64,000 nucleotides of DNA. Source: Gammaproteobacteria bacterium. Lineage in GTDB: Bacteria > Pseudomonadota > Gammaproteobacteria > JABABF01. The notes below the pieces were generated by a model that was not told the origin of the DNA, made no database searches, and worked only from the letters and a program-made list of their open reading frames with translations. The DNA is taken from NCBI GenBank assembly GCA_965237805.1, contig OZ250153.1, positions 1,408,001 through 1,472,000 on the forward strand, given 5' to 3'. The position numbers and the translations under genes were made by a program. Below are positions 1 to 8,841 of this stretch, one piece after another (position 1 is the first letter of the stretch; each line of letters starts with the position of its first letter).

Positions 1-1
1 G

Positions 2-1231
2 CAGCGCTTCGTCGCTGGCTTCGACCGTCCAAATTTGCACTATGCCATCCACGAGGATGCCGGGCGCGAAGCGCTGTGGCGCTTCATCTCCGAACGCCAT
101 CCAGACAGCGCTGGCATCGTCTACTGCGCGACGCGGAGCAAGGTCGAGCAAACCGCTGAATGGTTGACGGCACGCGGTCGCCAAGCCCTGCCGTACCACG
201 CCGGTATGGAGCCGATGTCGCGCCGCGAGCACCAGCGCATATTCCAGCGCGAGGCCAGCGCGCTCATCGTCGCCACCATCGCTTTTGGCATGGGGGTCGA
301 CAAGCCCGATGTTCGTTTTGTCGCCCACCTCGGCCTGCCGCGCAGTATTGAGGCCTATTACCAAGAAACCGGTCGTGCTGGCCGAGATGGCGAGCCAGCC
401 GATGCGTGGCTCAGCTATGGCCTGCGCGAGGTCTTGCTGTTTAGGCAGTGGATCGAAGAGTCCACCATGGCTGACGAACGCAAGCGCATCGAGCGGCAGA
501 AGCTGGAGGCGATGCTCGGCCTGTGCGAGTCGGGGCAGTGCCGGCGGCGCCGCTTGCTGGCCTATTTTGGCGATGAGCAGACGGGGGATTGTGGCAATTG
601 CGACAATTGCGTCAATCCTCCGGAGTTGATCGACGGCACCGAGCTGGCGCAGAAGGCGTTGTCCTGTGTCTACCGCACTGGCCAGCGCTTTGGTGTCAAC
701 TATCTCATTGATGTGCTGCGCGGTAGTGGCGGCGAGCGCCTACGTCGTTTCGGCCACCATCGCCTGCCCACTTTCGGCATCGGCAGCGAGGTTTCGGTGG
801 CGGAATGGCGCTCGATTTACCGTCAGTTGCTGGCATCTGGCCTCGCTGCCGTCGAAGGCAAGCACGGGGGGCTGCGACTGGCACCGGCCAGTCATACCTT
901 GCTGCGCGGCGAGTGCAGCTTGCAGCTGCGCCGCCCGCGCCCGGCGCGCCCGGCGCGCCCAGCGGCGGCTTCCCGCGCTGCGTTCGCGCCGAGCGAGCCG
1001 CTGGACCCGGTTCGCCAAGCGGATTTCGAGCGTCTGCGTGTGCGGCGTTTGGCGTTGTCCCATGAGCAGGGGGTACCGCCCTATGTCATTTTCCACGACA
1101 GCACATTGATCGAAATAGTCAAACAGCGACCGGGTAGCTTGGCAGAGATGGAGGCCATTCCCGGCATCGGCAAGACAAAATTAGCGCGTTATGGCGAGAT
1201 TTTCTTAGCGGCGCTGGCGGCGGAGGATTGA
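2..1231 (+). CDS. recQ: ATP-dependent DNA helicase RecQ (5'-truncated by window edge)
   Basis: Frame open from base 2 (QRFVAGFDRPNLHY); ATIAFGMGVDKPDVRFV, YYQETGRAGRDG, Zn-binding CRR...CGNCDNC, winged helix, C-terminal HRDC (VPPYVIFHDSTL, GIGKTKLARYG). Confidence 0.97.
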   Translation, partial: QRFVAGFDRPNLHYAIHEDAGREALWRFISERHPDSAGIVYCATRSKVEQTAEWLTARGRQALPYHAGMEPMSRREHQRIFQREASALIVATIAFGMGVDKPDVRFVAHLGLPRSIEAYYQETGRAGRDGEPADAWLSYGLREVLLFRQWIEESTMADERKRIERQKLEAMLGLCESGQCRRRRLLAYFGDEQTGDCGNCDNCVNPPELIDGTELAQKALSCVYRTGQRFGVNYLIDVLRGSGGERLRRFGHHRLPTFGIGSEVSVAEWRSIYRQLLASGLAAVEGKHGGLRLAPASHTLLRGECSLQLRRPRPARPARPAAASRAAFAPSEPLDPVRQADFERLRVRRLALSHEQGVPPYVIFHDSTLIEIVKQRPGSLAEMEAIPGIGKTKLARYGEIFLAALAAED

Positions 1232-1346
1232 GCCAGCGCCGCATACTCTGCGGCTCCCCCTTCGCTATAATGGTGTATTGGGCTGTTACGAGCTGTCTCT
1301 TTGGGGTCGTCCGCGCTCTGCGTGGCATCGAACAACATTGAGCCAC

Positions 1347-2369
1347 ATGTCAAAAACCAAGATAAAGATCGCGATTGTCGATCATGCGATACTGGATCAA
1401 AGCCAGTTTGGAGCCCCTGAGTGGCTGGTCCCCTTGGGTGAAAAATATGGTGTGGAGTGGTTCAGCGAAGACCCGGATCTGTTGCTGTGTTCGGTCGAGC
1501 TCTTCGGCTACGCCCACTTGAATTATTCCTGCACCAAGTGCCTGTTCAGCGAGGAACCGTCGCATCGATATCCCCGTTGGTGCTACGACTATACTTTTAC
1601 TCCTTTCCCTACCGATGCGCGCAATTTACGCTGGTTGGGATGGGCGTCTAGGAGCCCGGCAACAGAGTGGATCCTTGGCCAATCCGAATACTGCGATAGT
1701 TTGAAACGCCATCCCCGAGAGCGCTTTTGCAACTTCTTTCAGCGTGTACACAACGCCCCGGAGCGCAACGAGTTTTGCCGGCTGCTGATGCAGCGCAAAC
1801 ACGTGGATTGCCCCGGCGAGGCTATGAACAATATGCCCTGTCCGGATGACCCGGCCCTGAACCGTGATCAAAACAAACTGGAATTTCTCAAACACTACCG
1901 CTTTAGCATTTGCTTCGAGCATCTGAGCCATCCTCATCACATCAGCGAGCTGGTGCCGCAGGCTTTGATGGCCGGCAGTATTCCGATTCACTGGGGCAGT
2001 ACCAAGATCACCGATTACTTCAATCCCGAGTGCCTGATCAATGCCCACGACTTCGACAGTTTGGAGGCGCTCGCAGATTATGTTATGGAGGTGGAAGAGA
2101 ACCCGGCGCTCTATCGCAGATACCTTGAGGCACCGCCGGTGTTGGCGGGGTCGAAGCTGGAGGAGGTGACGGTGGCGGCGACGCTGGAGCGCATGGAGCA
2201 CATCTTCTCACGCCTCGGCATCGACCGGCCTTTCGCGCAGACATGGCGCGGCCGTTTCATGCTGGCTTATCACAGATTTCACCAGTTGCCGAGTCGCTGG
2301 TTGGCTCGGGTACCGTGGGGGGGGGGCAAGGTGCGGGGATGGCTTTGGCTGGCGGAGCGACTGCGCTGA
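1347..2369 (+). CDS. Glycosyltransferase family 10 (alpha-1,3-fucosyltransferase-like)
   Basis: RERFCNFF, APERNEF, NKLEFLKHYRFSICFE...ISE...AGSIPIHWG, FNPECLINAHDFDSLEALADY follow the H. pylori FucT pattern; ATG 1347 chosen over TTG 1278; TATAAT at 1266-1271. Confidence 0.85.
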   Translation: MSKTKIKIAIVDHAILDQSQFGAPEWLVPLGEKYGVEWFSEDPDLLLCSVELFGYAHLNYSCTKCLFSEEPSHRYPRWCYDYTFTPFPTDARNLRWLGWASRSPATEWILGQSEYCDSLKRHPRERFCNFFQRVHNAPERNEFCRLLMQRKHVDCPGEAMNNMPCPDDPALNRDQNKLEFLKHYRFSICFEHLSHPHHISELVPQALMAGSIPIHWGSTKITDYFNPECLINAHDFDSLEALADYVMEVEENPALYRRYLEAPPVLAGSKLEEVTVAATLERMEHIFSRLGIDRPFAQTWRGRFMLAYHRFHQLPSRWLARVPWGGGKVRGWLWLAERLR

Positions 2370-2417
2370 TCGTTGCGGCCTCCGCCCACAGTCGTCTGCA
2401 ATAGGTCGTGCGGCTAC

Positions 2418-2448
2418 CGCCGGGGACGCGCTCGGTGCGCGTCTGGCG
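2418..2448. terminator. GC-rich hairpin between convergent genes (possible terminator)
   Basis: GACGCGC (2425-2431) / GCGCGTC (2437-2443) stem, extendable by CGCC/GGCG; no clear U-tract. Confidence 0.35.
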
Positions 2449-2477
2449 TTGCGGCTTGTCGGTGCCCGGTTATATGC

Positions 2478-4022
2478 TCAGGATAGCCACCGACCAATCG
2501 GCGTTTTGCGCCACAGGAACTCTGAGAATTTGCGCATACCATCGGCTCGTTCGCTGGTGCGCGGGTAGGCACTCTGCAGCGGTTTGTTCGGGCTCTTGTC
2601 GAAGATTATCGGTTTCAGCTGGGTGTAGCTGCGCAGTCCGATCGCGCCGTTAACCATGCCCATGCCGCTGCTCTTGACCCCCCCGAAGGGAGCGACCGGA
2701 ATGCCGTAGGTCAGCGTCATATCATTGACGCAGACACTGCCAGTCTGCATGCGTTTGGCCAAGTCGAGCGCGTGCGCGTCATCGCTGGTCCACACGGTGC
2801 CGCTGAGCCCGTAATCGGAGTCGTTGGCCAGTTGTATCGCTTCTTGCTCGTCGCGCACTTTCATCACGCAGAGAATCGGGCCGAAAGTCTCCTGTTGCAT
2901 GATTTCCATATCGTGGTTGACATCGACCATCAGTGTGGGCAGGTAGTAGAGCCCTTTTTGCGCTTCATTGCGCTTGCCGCCGACCAGCACTTTGGCACCA
3001 GCTTCGACCGCTGTGTCGACATGGCGCTCGATGATGTCCATCTGCTTGTCCCAGAACACAGCACCGACATCTTCGTCGTATCCCAGTGCCGGATCTTGGC
3101 GCAGCTTCTCCACCTCGACCGTGACCAGCTCGAGGAAGCGTTCGTAGATGCTCTCGACGACATAGATGCGCTCGGTGCCACAACAGTAGTGCCCGGTGTT
3201 CATGCAAGAGCCGACCACGGCACCTTGGGCGGCGCGCTCTAGGTTGGCATCGGCGCAGACGATCATCGCATCCTTACCGCCCAGCTCCAAGGTGCAGGGC
3301 ACTAGGCGACCGCCGCAGATGGCACCGATTTTCTTGCCGGTCGCCACCGAGCCGGTGAAAGAGATTTTGTCGATGTCGGCATCGACCAAGTGGGCACCGG
3401 TCACGCCGTCGCCGAGTAGCACTTGGAAGACATCCTGCGGCAAGCCGGCTTCGAGAAACAGCGTCTCGACCAACTTGGCGGATTGTGGGGTGACCTCAGA
3501 GCCCTTGGCGACCACGGTGTTGCCAGCCATCAGCGCTTGGCAGCCTTGGTTCAAGGTGAGGATGAAGGGGCCGTTCCATGGGGTGATGAGGCCGATCACG
3601 CCGAGTGGTTGGAACTCCCAGCGCACACTCTTGGCAAAGCGCATCAAACCGTGAGGGCGGTGTTTCTGTGGGCGCAACAGGCGTGCGGCATTTTTGGCGT
3701 AGTAGCACAGCGAGTCGCAGGATGAGAACACCTCCATCATGTAGGCATCCGAGCGCGCCTTGCCAGTTTCGCTGACCACTTGGTCCATGATTTGATCCTG
3801 CTTGTCGAGTATGACCTCAAGCATGCGATCCATATAGTTGGCGCGTTCGCGAAAGCTCAGTGCAGCCCAGCTCGGTTGTGCGGTGCGTGCACGTTGCACG
3901 GCGGCATCGACTTCGTCTTTGGAGGCGCAGGGTATTTCGCTGATCACCGCGGTGGTGACCGGACTGCGCAGCCTCAGTAGCCGCGTGTCTGGGGCGCTCT
4001 CGTCGAGCTCAAACATTGCCAT
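2478..4022 (-). CDS. Aldehyde dehydrogenase family protein
   Basis: ITPWNGP, FTGSVATG, LELGGKD (catalytic Glu), GHYCCGTER (catalytic Cys), QETFGP, PFGGVKSSG; start at MAMFELD. Confidence 0.95.
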   Translation of the reverse strand: MAMFELDESAPDTRLLRLRSPVTTAVISEIPCASKDEVDAAVQRARTAQPSWAALSFRERANYMDRMLEVILDKQDQIMDQVVSETGKARSDAYMMEVFSSCDSLCYYAKNAARLLRPQKHRPHGLMRFAKSVRWEFQPLGVIGLITPWNGPFILTLNQGCQALMAGNTVVAKGSEVTPQSAKLVETLFLEAGLPQDVFQVLLGDGVTGAHLVDADIDKISFTGSVATGKKIGAICGGRLVPCTLELGGKDAMIVCADANLERAAQGAVVGSCMNTGHYCCGTERIYVVESIYERFLELVTVEVEKLRQDPALGYDEDVGAVFWDKQMDIIERHVDTAVEAGAKVLVGGKRNEAQKGLYYLPTLMVDVNHDMEIMQQETFGPILCVMKVRDEQEAIQLANDSDYGLSGTVWTSDDAHALDLAKRMQTGSVCVNDMTLTYGIPVAPFGGVKSSGMGMVNGAIGLRSYTQLKPIIFDKSPNKPLQSAYPRTSERADGMRKFSEFLWRKTPIGRWLS

Positions 4023-4274
4023 GGTCAGATTCTCTATCGTGTTTTGTTGGCGGGTGGCATTGCGGTGCACCTGCCCAGCTATCCGTTGCGATTGCAACGC
4101 CCTCAATGTGTCCACATTATAGGATACTGCTACTGGGGGGTATAGCTCTGCTGTAGCGGCTCCATCCTCGCACCGATAGCGGGCTAGAATATCGCCTGTT
4201 GGTGCGATCTTTGGGCAGCTGGATCTTGCAGGGACTCCGGTTAAGGAGTAGCTGGGTAGCGGAGCTAGTAAATT

Positions 4275-5579
4275 ATGGTATGGGAGTTTTCAACTGACCC
4301 TGCATTCCAGCAACAGCTGGATTGGATACGGCGCTTTGTCGACGAGGAGCTCATCCCGCTGGAGTTGATCTCTGGCGACTTGGATCAGCCCCAGCTGGAT
4401 GCTTTGCTGGCACCGTTCAAGGAGCGGGTCAAGGCGGCTAATCTGTGGGCGGCTCACCTGCCGCCAGAACACGGCGGCCAAGGTATGGGGCAGTTGCCGT
4501 TGGCACTGATACATGAGGTGTTGGGGCGCACGATGCTGGCTCCAGAGGTGTTCGGCAATCAGGCACCGGATTCGGGCAATGCCGAGCTGCTGGCGGCCGG
4601 TGCCAATGAGGAGCAGAAAAAACGCTGGCTGTACCCATTGCTGGCCGGTGAGATGCGCAGTGCTTTTAGTCTGACCGAGCCCGACACGGCTGGCTCCGAC
4701 CCAACCGGCATTCGCACCAGCTGCAAGCGGGATGGCGCTAGCTGGTGCCTCAATGGCCACAAATGGTTTGCTTCCAATGCCAGTGTGGCTGATTTTTTGC
4801 TGGTGATGGCGGTGACCGACCCCGATGCGCCGCCGCACAAGCGTGCGGCGATGGTGGTTGTGCCTCGGGGTACGCCGGGTCTAATCTTGATGCGCGAGGT
4901 CGGCACGATGGCGCATGCCAGCAAGGACGGTGCTTTGATGCGGCGCATCGGCGGGCACACCGAGCTGCGCTTCGAGAACTGCCGGGTGCCTTTGGATCAT
5001 ATGATCGGTGCGCCCGGCGAAGGCTTTTTGCTGGCACAACGCCGTCTCAGCGGTGGCCGCATCCATCACGGCATGCGCATGATCGGGCAGTGTCAACGTG
5101 CCTATGAGATGCTGCTTGAGCGCGCTGCCTCGCGCCAGCTGCGCGGACGCGCACTGGGCGACATGCAGCGGGTGCAGGATATGGTGGCCGATTCCTATAG
5201 CGAGATCACGATGGCGCGTCTGCTGACCCTGCACACTGCATGGCGCGTGGATCGTATCGACCCGCGCGAGGCGCGCGTCGATATCGCGATGGTGAAATAC
5301 CAAGTGCCGCGCGTGTTGTACCAAGTATTGGATCGGGCGATCCAGTTGCACGGTGCGCTCGGCTATTCGACCGATATGCCGCTTGAGGAAATGTACCGCC
5401 AAGCGCGTGCCCTGCGCATCGCCGACGGTGCCGATGAAGTGCATCGACAGACCATCGCCCGCCATGTATTGCGGGATGTCGAGCCGGTGACGGACTATCC
5501 CTCAGAGCATATTCCGACGCGGCGCGCCGCGGCGATGGCGCGTTTTGGCGATTTGCTGGACAGCCTGCCGGAAGCATGA
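4275..5579 (+). CDS. Acyl-CoA dehydrogenase (ACAD10/11, LvaC-like subfamily)
   Basis: QAPDSGNAELL, AFSLTEP, NGHKWFASNA, AQRRLSGGRIHH, DRAIQLHGALG, RIADGADEVH. Confidence 0.93.
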   Translation: MVWEFSTDPAFQQQLDWIRRFVDEELIPLELISGDLDQPQLDALLAPFKERVKAANLWAAHLPPEHGGQGMGQLPLALIHEVLGRTMLAPEVFGNQAPDSGNAELLAAGANEEQKKRWLYPLLAGEMRSAFSLTEPDTAGSDPTGIRTSCKRDGASWCLNGHKWFASNASVADFLLVMAVTDPDAPPHKRAAMVVVPRGTPGLILMREVGTMAHASKDGALMRRIGGHTELRFENCRVPLDHMIGAPGEGFLLAQRRLSGGRIHHGMRMIGQCQRAYEMLLERAASRQLRGRALGDMQRVQDMVADSYSEITMARLLTLHTAWRVDRIDPREARVDIAMVKYQVPRVLYQVLDRAIQLHGALGYSTDMPLEEMYRQARALRIADGADEVHRQTIARHVLRDVEPVTDYPSEHIPTRRAAAMARFGDLLDSLPEA

Positions 5580-5595
5580 TGGGTAGCGGAGTGCA

Positions 5596-6651
5596 GTGAT
5601 CGGGACGGCTGGGGCATTGCGGGGCATCGAGCTCGCGCCTCTCTCTGAGTGGCTTGAGGCCAATGTCGACGGTGCCCAGCCGCCTTTCGAGTTTGATTTG
5701 GCCGCTGCCGGTGGCTCTAACCTCAGCTATGTGCTGGGCGATGCCGCTGGCCACCGCTGGGTGTTGCGGCGAGGCCCGGTTGCGGCACGTTTGGCCACTG
5801 CCCACGATATGTCGCGCGAGTGGCGCGTTATCAGTGCCCTCGCCGGGGTGGATGGCGTACCAGTGCCCACCGCAGTGGCTTTTTGCGACGATGCCGAGGT
5901 CACCGGAGCCTCTTTCTATGTCATGGAGTGTGTCGACGGCCTGATATTGCGCGACTTGCCAGCTGTCGAGGCCTCAGCTTTGGATGCTGCCGCCTGTCAA
6001 CTGGCCAGTGATTCGCTGATTGATGTGCAGGTGGCGCTACATCGCGTGAACCCCGCCAGCGTTGGTCTCGCCGATTTTGGTCGCGAGGGGGATTATGTTG
6101 AACGCCAACTGCATCGTTGGCAGCGGCAGGTGAGTCGGTCTACCGATTCGCCACCGCCGCTGTTGGCTGAATTGGGTGCACGTCTCGCCGCGCTCAATCC
6201 CGGCCCCCAAGCGCCTCCGGCGCTGGTACACGGCGACTACCGTTTTGACAATGTGGTGCTTGGCACCGACCACCGTTTGGCCGCTGTGTTGGACTGGGAG
6301 TTGTGCACCATAGGCGACCCGGTGGCGGATTTTTTCTGGACTTTGCTGTACTGGTCGGATCCCGGTGATGCCGTGGTGTTCATTCCCAATGGGCCGACTT
6401 TGCACCCCCACTTTGCGCGCCGTGTCGAGATCGTGCGGCGTTACGGCGAGCGCAGTGGTTTCGACCTCAGCGCCGCTACTTATTTCAATGCTTTTGGCTA
6501 TTGGAAAATGGCCTGCATCGTCACGGGTGTCCTCGCCCGCATCAGACACGGTGCGGGGGGTGGCATGCGTGTGGATCAAAGCGGCGATAGTGTCGAACAC
6601 ATGATTGCCAATTATCTCGAGGCCAGTCGGTTACACTTGGCAAAGTTCTGA
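5596..6651 (+). CDS. APH/choline-kinase family phosphotransferase (ACAD10/11 kinase-like)
   Basis: GGSNLSY, WVLRRGP, AHDMSREWRV, LVHGDYRFDNV, AVLDWELCTIGDP. Confidence 0.92.
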   Translation: MIGTAGALRGIELAPLSEWLEANVDGAQPPFEFDLAAAGGSNLSYVLGDAAGHRWVLRRGPVAARLATAHDMSREWRVISALAGVDGVPVPTAVAFCDDAEVTGASFYVMECVDGLILRDLPAVEASALDAAACQLASDSLIDVQVALHRVNPASVGLADFGREGDYVERQLHRWQRQVSRSTDSPPPLLAELGARLAALNPGPQAPPALVHGDYRFDNVVLGTDHRLAAVLDWELCTIGDPVADFFWTLLYWSDPGDAVVFIPNGPTLHPHFARRVEIVRRYGERSGFDLSAATYFNAFGYWKMACIVTGVLARIRHGAGGGMRVDQSGDSVEHMIANYLEASRLHLAKF

Positions 6652-6716
6652 ATGCACACCGTAGTAGCGAAGCTGTGGTGGCGACAGGGACAACGCGATA
6701 CTACAGGAGCACTGTG

Positions 6717-7862
6717 ATGACCATTACCCCGTTTGACGATTACTGTATCCACCAGAGTGATGAGCCATTGGCGGTGCCGTCTCAGAGCGACCGCAATTTC
6801 TACGACCGCTACTGGTTCAGCGGTTTCAACACCGCCAGTTCCGGCGATGGCTCGGATTATTTTTTCGAGATCGGTCTCGGTGCCTACCCGAACCGCTATG
6901 TCATGGATGGCCATTTCAGCGTTGTGGTCGACGGCGTACAGCACAGCGTGCACGCTTCGCGTCGCTGTCCTGAAGATCGTAGCAAGATGGATCTCGGCCC
7001 TTTCCATCTGTCGGTGATAGAGCCTCTGCGCAAGCTGCGCCTGCGCGTCGACAAAAACGAGGGTGGTGTCAGCTGTGATCTGGTGTTCAGTGCGAACTCG
7101 TCACCGCTGGTGGAGGCGAAAAACCTGCTGAGCCGAGATGTGCGCCGCATTATGTACAACAGCCGCTTTACCCAGTTTGGCAATTGGAGTGGCTGGATAG
7201 AGGTCAGCGGCAACCGCATCGAAGTGCGTGCCGATGTCTGCCTCGGCTTGCGCGATAAGTCGTGGGGCGTGCGTCCGGTGGGCGAGCCTGAGGGCGGAGC
7301 GCCGCCAGTGGATCAGCCGGAGCCTCGGGTATATTGGGTTTGGTCGCCGCTCTCTTTCGGTGATATCTGCACTCAATTCGGCACTGCCCAATCTGCTGAC
7401 GGCTACGTGACGCAATTGAGCGGTTGCATTTTGCCGGGTTATGCCGATGCGGCATCCATTCCGGAGACCGGTGATACCGGCCTTCGTGAAATGGACACGG
7501 TGCGCCACCGCATCGTGTGGGAGCCAGGCACCCGCCGTCCGCGATCTGCCGAGTACGATTTTTGTGAAGTCAACGGCGACGAGCACCACATCAGCGTCGA
7601 GGTGACCGGGCGATTTCATATGCACGGCATCGGCTACCAACATCCAGAATGGGGGCATGGTATTTGGCATGGCGAGCTCAAGGTTGACTACGAACAGTGG
7701 AGCTTGGACGAGCTCGATCCACTGCAGATGCACCACATCCATCACCACGCTCGGGTGCGTGCTCGCATGGGCGACAAGGAAGGACACGGCATTTTGGAAA
7801 CTGTGGTGCTGGGCCCTCATGCACCATCCGGTTTCCGAGATTTTCTCGACGGCGCATCTTAA
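6717..7862 (+). CDS. Conserved hypothetical beta-rich protein (tocopherol-cyclase/AttH-like fold suspected)
   Basis: AGGAG RBS before ATG 6717; DDYCIHQ, DRNFYDRYWF, SRFTQFG, RDKSWGVR, GYQHPEWGHG motifs; fold assignment is inference. Confidence 0.7.
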   Translation: MTITPFDDYCIHQSDEPLAVPSQSDRNFYDRYWFSGFNTASSGDGSDYFFEIGLGAYPNRYVMDGHFSVVVDGVQHSVHASRRCPEDRSKMDLGPFHLSVIEPLRKLRLRVDKNEGGVSCDLVFSANSSPLVEAKNLLSRDVRRIMYNSRFTQFGNWSGWIEVSGNRIEVRADVCLGLRDKSWGVRPVGEPEGGAPPVDQPEPRVYWVWSPLSFGDICTQFGTAQSADGYVTQLSGCILPGYADAASIPETGDTGLREMDTVRHRIVWEPGTRRPRSAEYDFCEVNGDEHHISVEVTGRFHMHGIGYQHPEWGHGIWHGELKVDYEQWSLDELDPLQMHHIHHHARVRARMGDKEGHGILETVVLGPHAPSGFRDFLDGAS

Positions 7863-7933
7863 TCGCACACACAAAATCACACCCAACTAAGCGCCCCGAG
7901 TTTTCCGGGGCTGTTGCATTGCTTTTGGTACGA

Positions 7934-7962
7934 TTGCTATTGAATGATGGTACTGATACAAT
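7934..7962 (+). promoter_or_regulatory. Sigma70 promoter upstream of the basic protein gene
   Basis: TTGCTA (7934-7939), 17 bp spacer, TGn-extended TACAAT (7957-7962). Confidence 0.7.
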
Positions 7963-8145
7963 GCGAATATTGTGACTGTGGAATTTTCATATTTGAAACG
8001 CATTCTTTATGGTCGCATGACGCAGGCAACAATTTGCATGCGTGAAACCCAAACTCATTGCATCCCTAACATCTCTGCAGAGCAGCGCAAGAGTGGGATG
8101 AAAAATTCAAACGCGCAAAGCGTTTAAACAGGAGGGTCTACTCAA

Positions 8146-8829
8146 ATGCCCGCAGCAAAAAGAAAAAAAACACCCGCTCGCCGTGGTCGTCCCCCGGGTC
8201 GCAAAAATGCAGTCAAAAAAGTGGTCGCTACGCGTGTGCTGGCCCGCCGTGGTCGCCCGCCGGGTCGCAAGGTGGTGGCCAAGGCCAAGCCAGTGGCGTC
8301 GCCGCAAATGGCTCGTGTCGAGGCACGAGTCAACAAAGCACAACAGGCGCTACAGGCGACTATGGAGCAGCAGCGCCGCGCCCGTGCAGCGGTGTCTGAT
8401 GCCAAGAAACGCGCCGAGAAAATTGGCAGTCTGACAGCGCGCAAGGGGCTGCTAAAGTCCCGTCAAGCCGCACGCAAGGTGGCGGCGAAATTGGTGGTGG
8501 CGCGCACCGCATTGGCGGGGGCCAAACTGGCGCGCCGTGATGCGGCAGGTGCCGAGCGTGTGCGTGCGATGGAAGCTGATGCCGCCGTGCGTCTGGCTTC
8601 GCGTGAGCTGCAGTTGGCCGCCGCCACCAAGCGCGCTTTGCAGGTGGCACAAGCTGCTTGGGAGAAGCGCTGGCGCAAGAAACGTGCGAAGGCTGATCAA
8701 GCCAAGCTGCGCCAAGTGCAACAAAAGCTCACCTCGCGCGTCAAGAAAGCCGCGACCAAACAGCGTGCTGCAATGGCCAAGGCTGCCTCTGGCCGCCGTC
8801 GCCGTCGCCGCACGCGCCGCGTCAGCTGA
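8146..8829 (+). CDS. Highly basic K/R/A-rich histone-like protein with two AT-hook motifs
   Basis: AGGAGG RBS at 8130-8135; ARRGRPPGRK occurs twice; long Ala/Lys/Arg helical body; C-terminal RRRRRRTRR. Confidence 0.75.
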   Translation: MPAAKRKKTPARRGRPPGRKNAVKKVVATRVLARRGRPPGRKVVAKAKPVASPQMARVEARVNKAQQALQATMEQQRRARAAVSDAKKRAEKIGSLTARKGLLKSRQAARKVAAKLVVARTALAGAKLARRDAAGAERVRAMEADAAVRLASRELQLAAATKRALQVAQAAWEKRWRKKRAKADQAKLRQVQQKLTSRVKKAATKQRAAMAKAASGRRRRRRTRRVS

Positions 8830-8841
8830 TCTCAGCGCGGT

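Noticed and set aside
938-964. 9-bp repeats encoding RPARPARPA in recQ
   Set aside because: Falls in the variable linker before the HRDC domain; ordinary low-complexity sequence.
8085-8125. AGAGTGGGA...GCAAAGC resembling part of a c-di-GMP-I riboswitch
   Set aside because: Spacing and the P1/P2 architecture do not fit; kept only as a generic structured leader.
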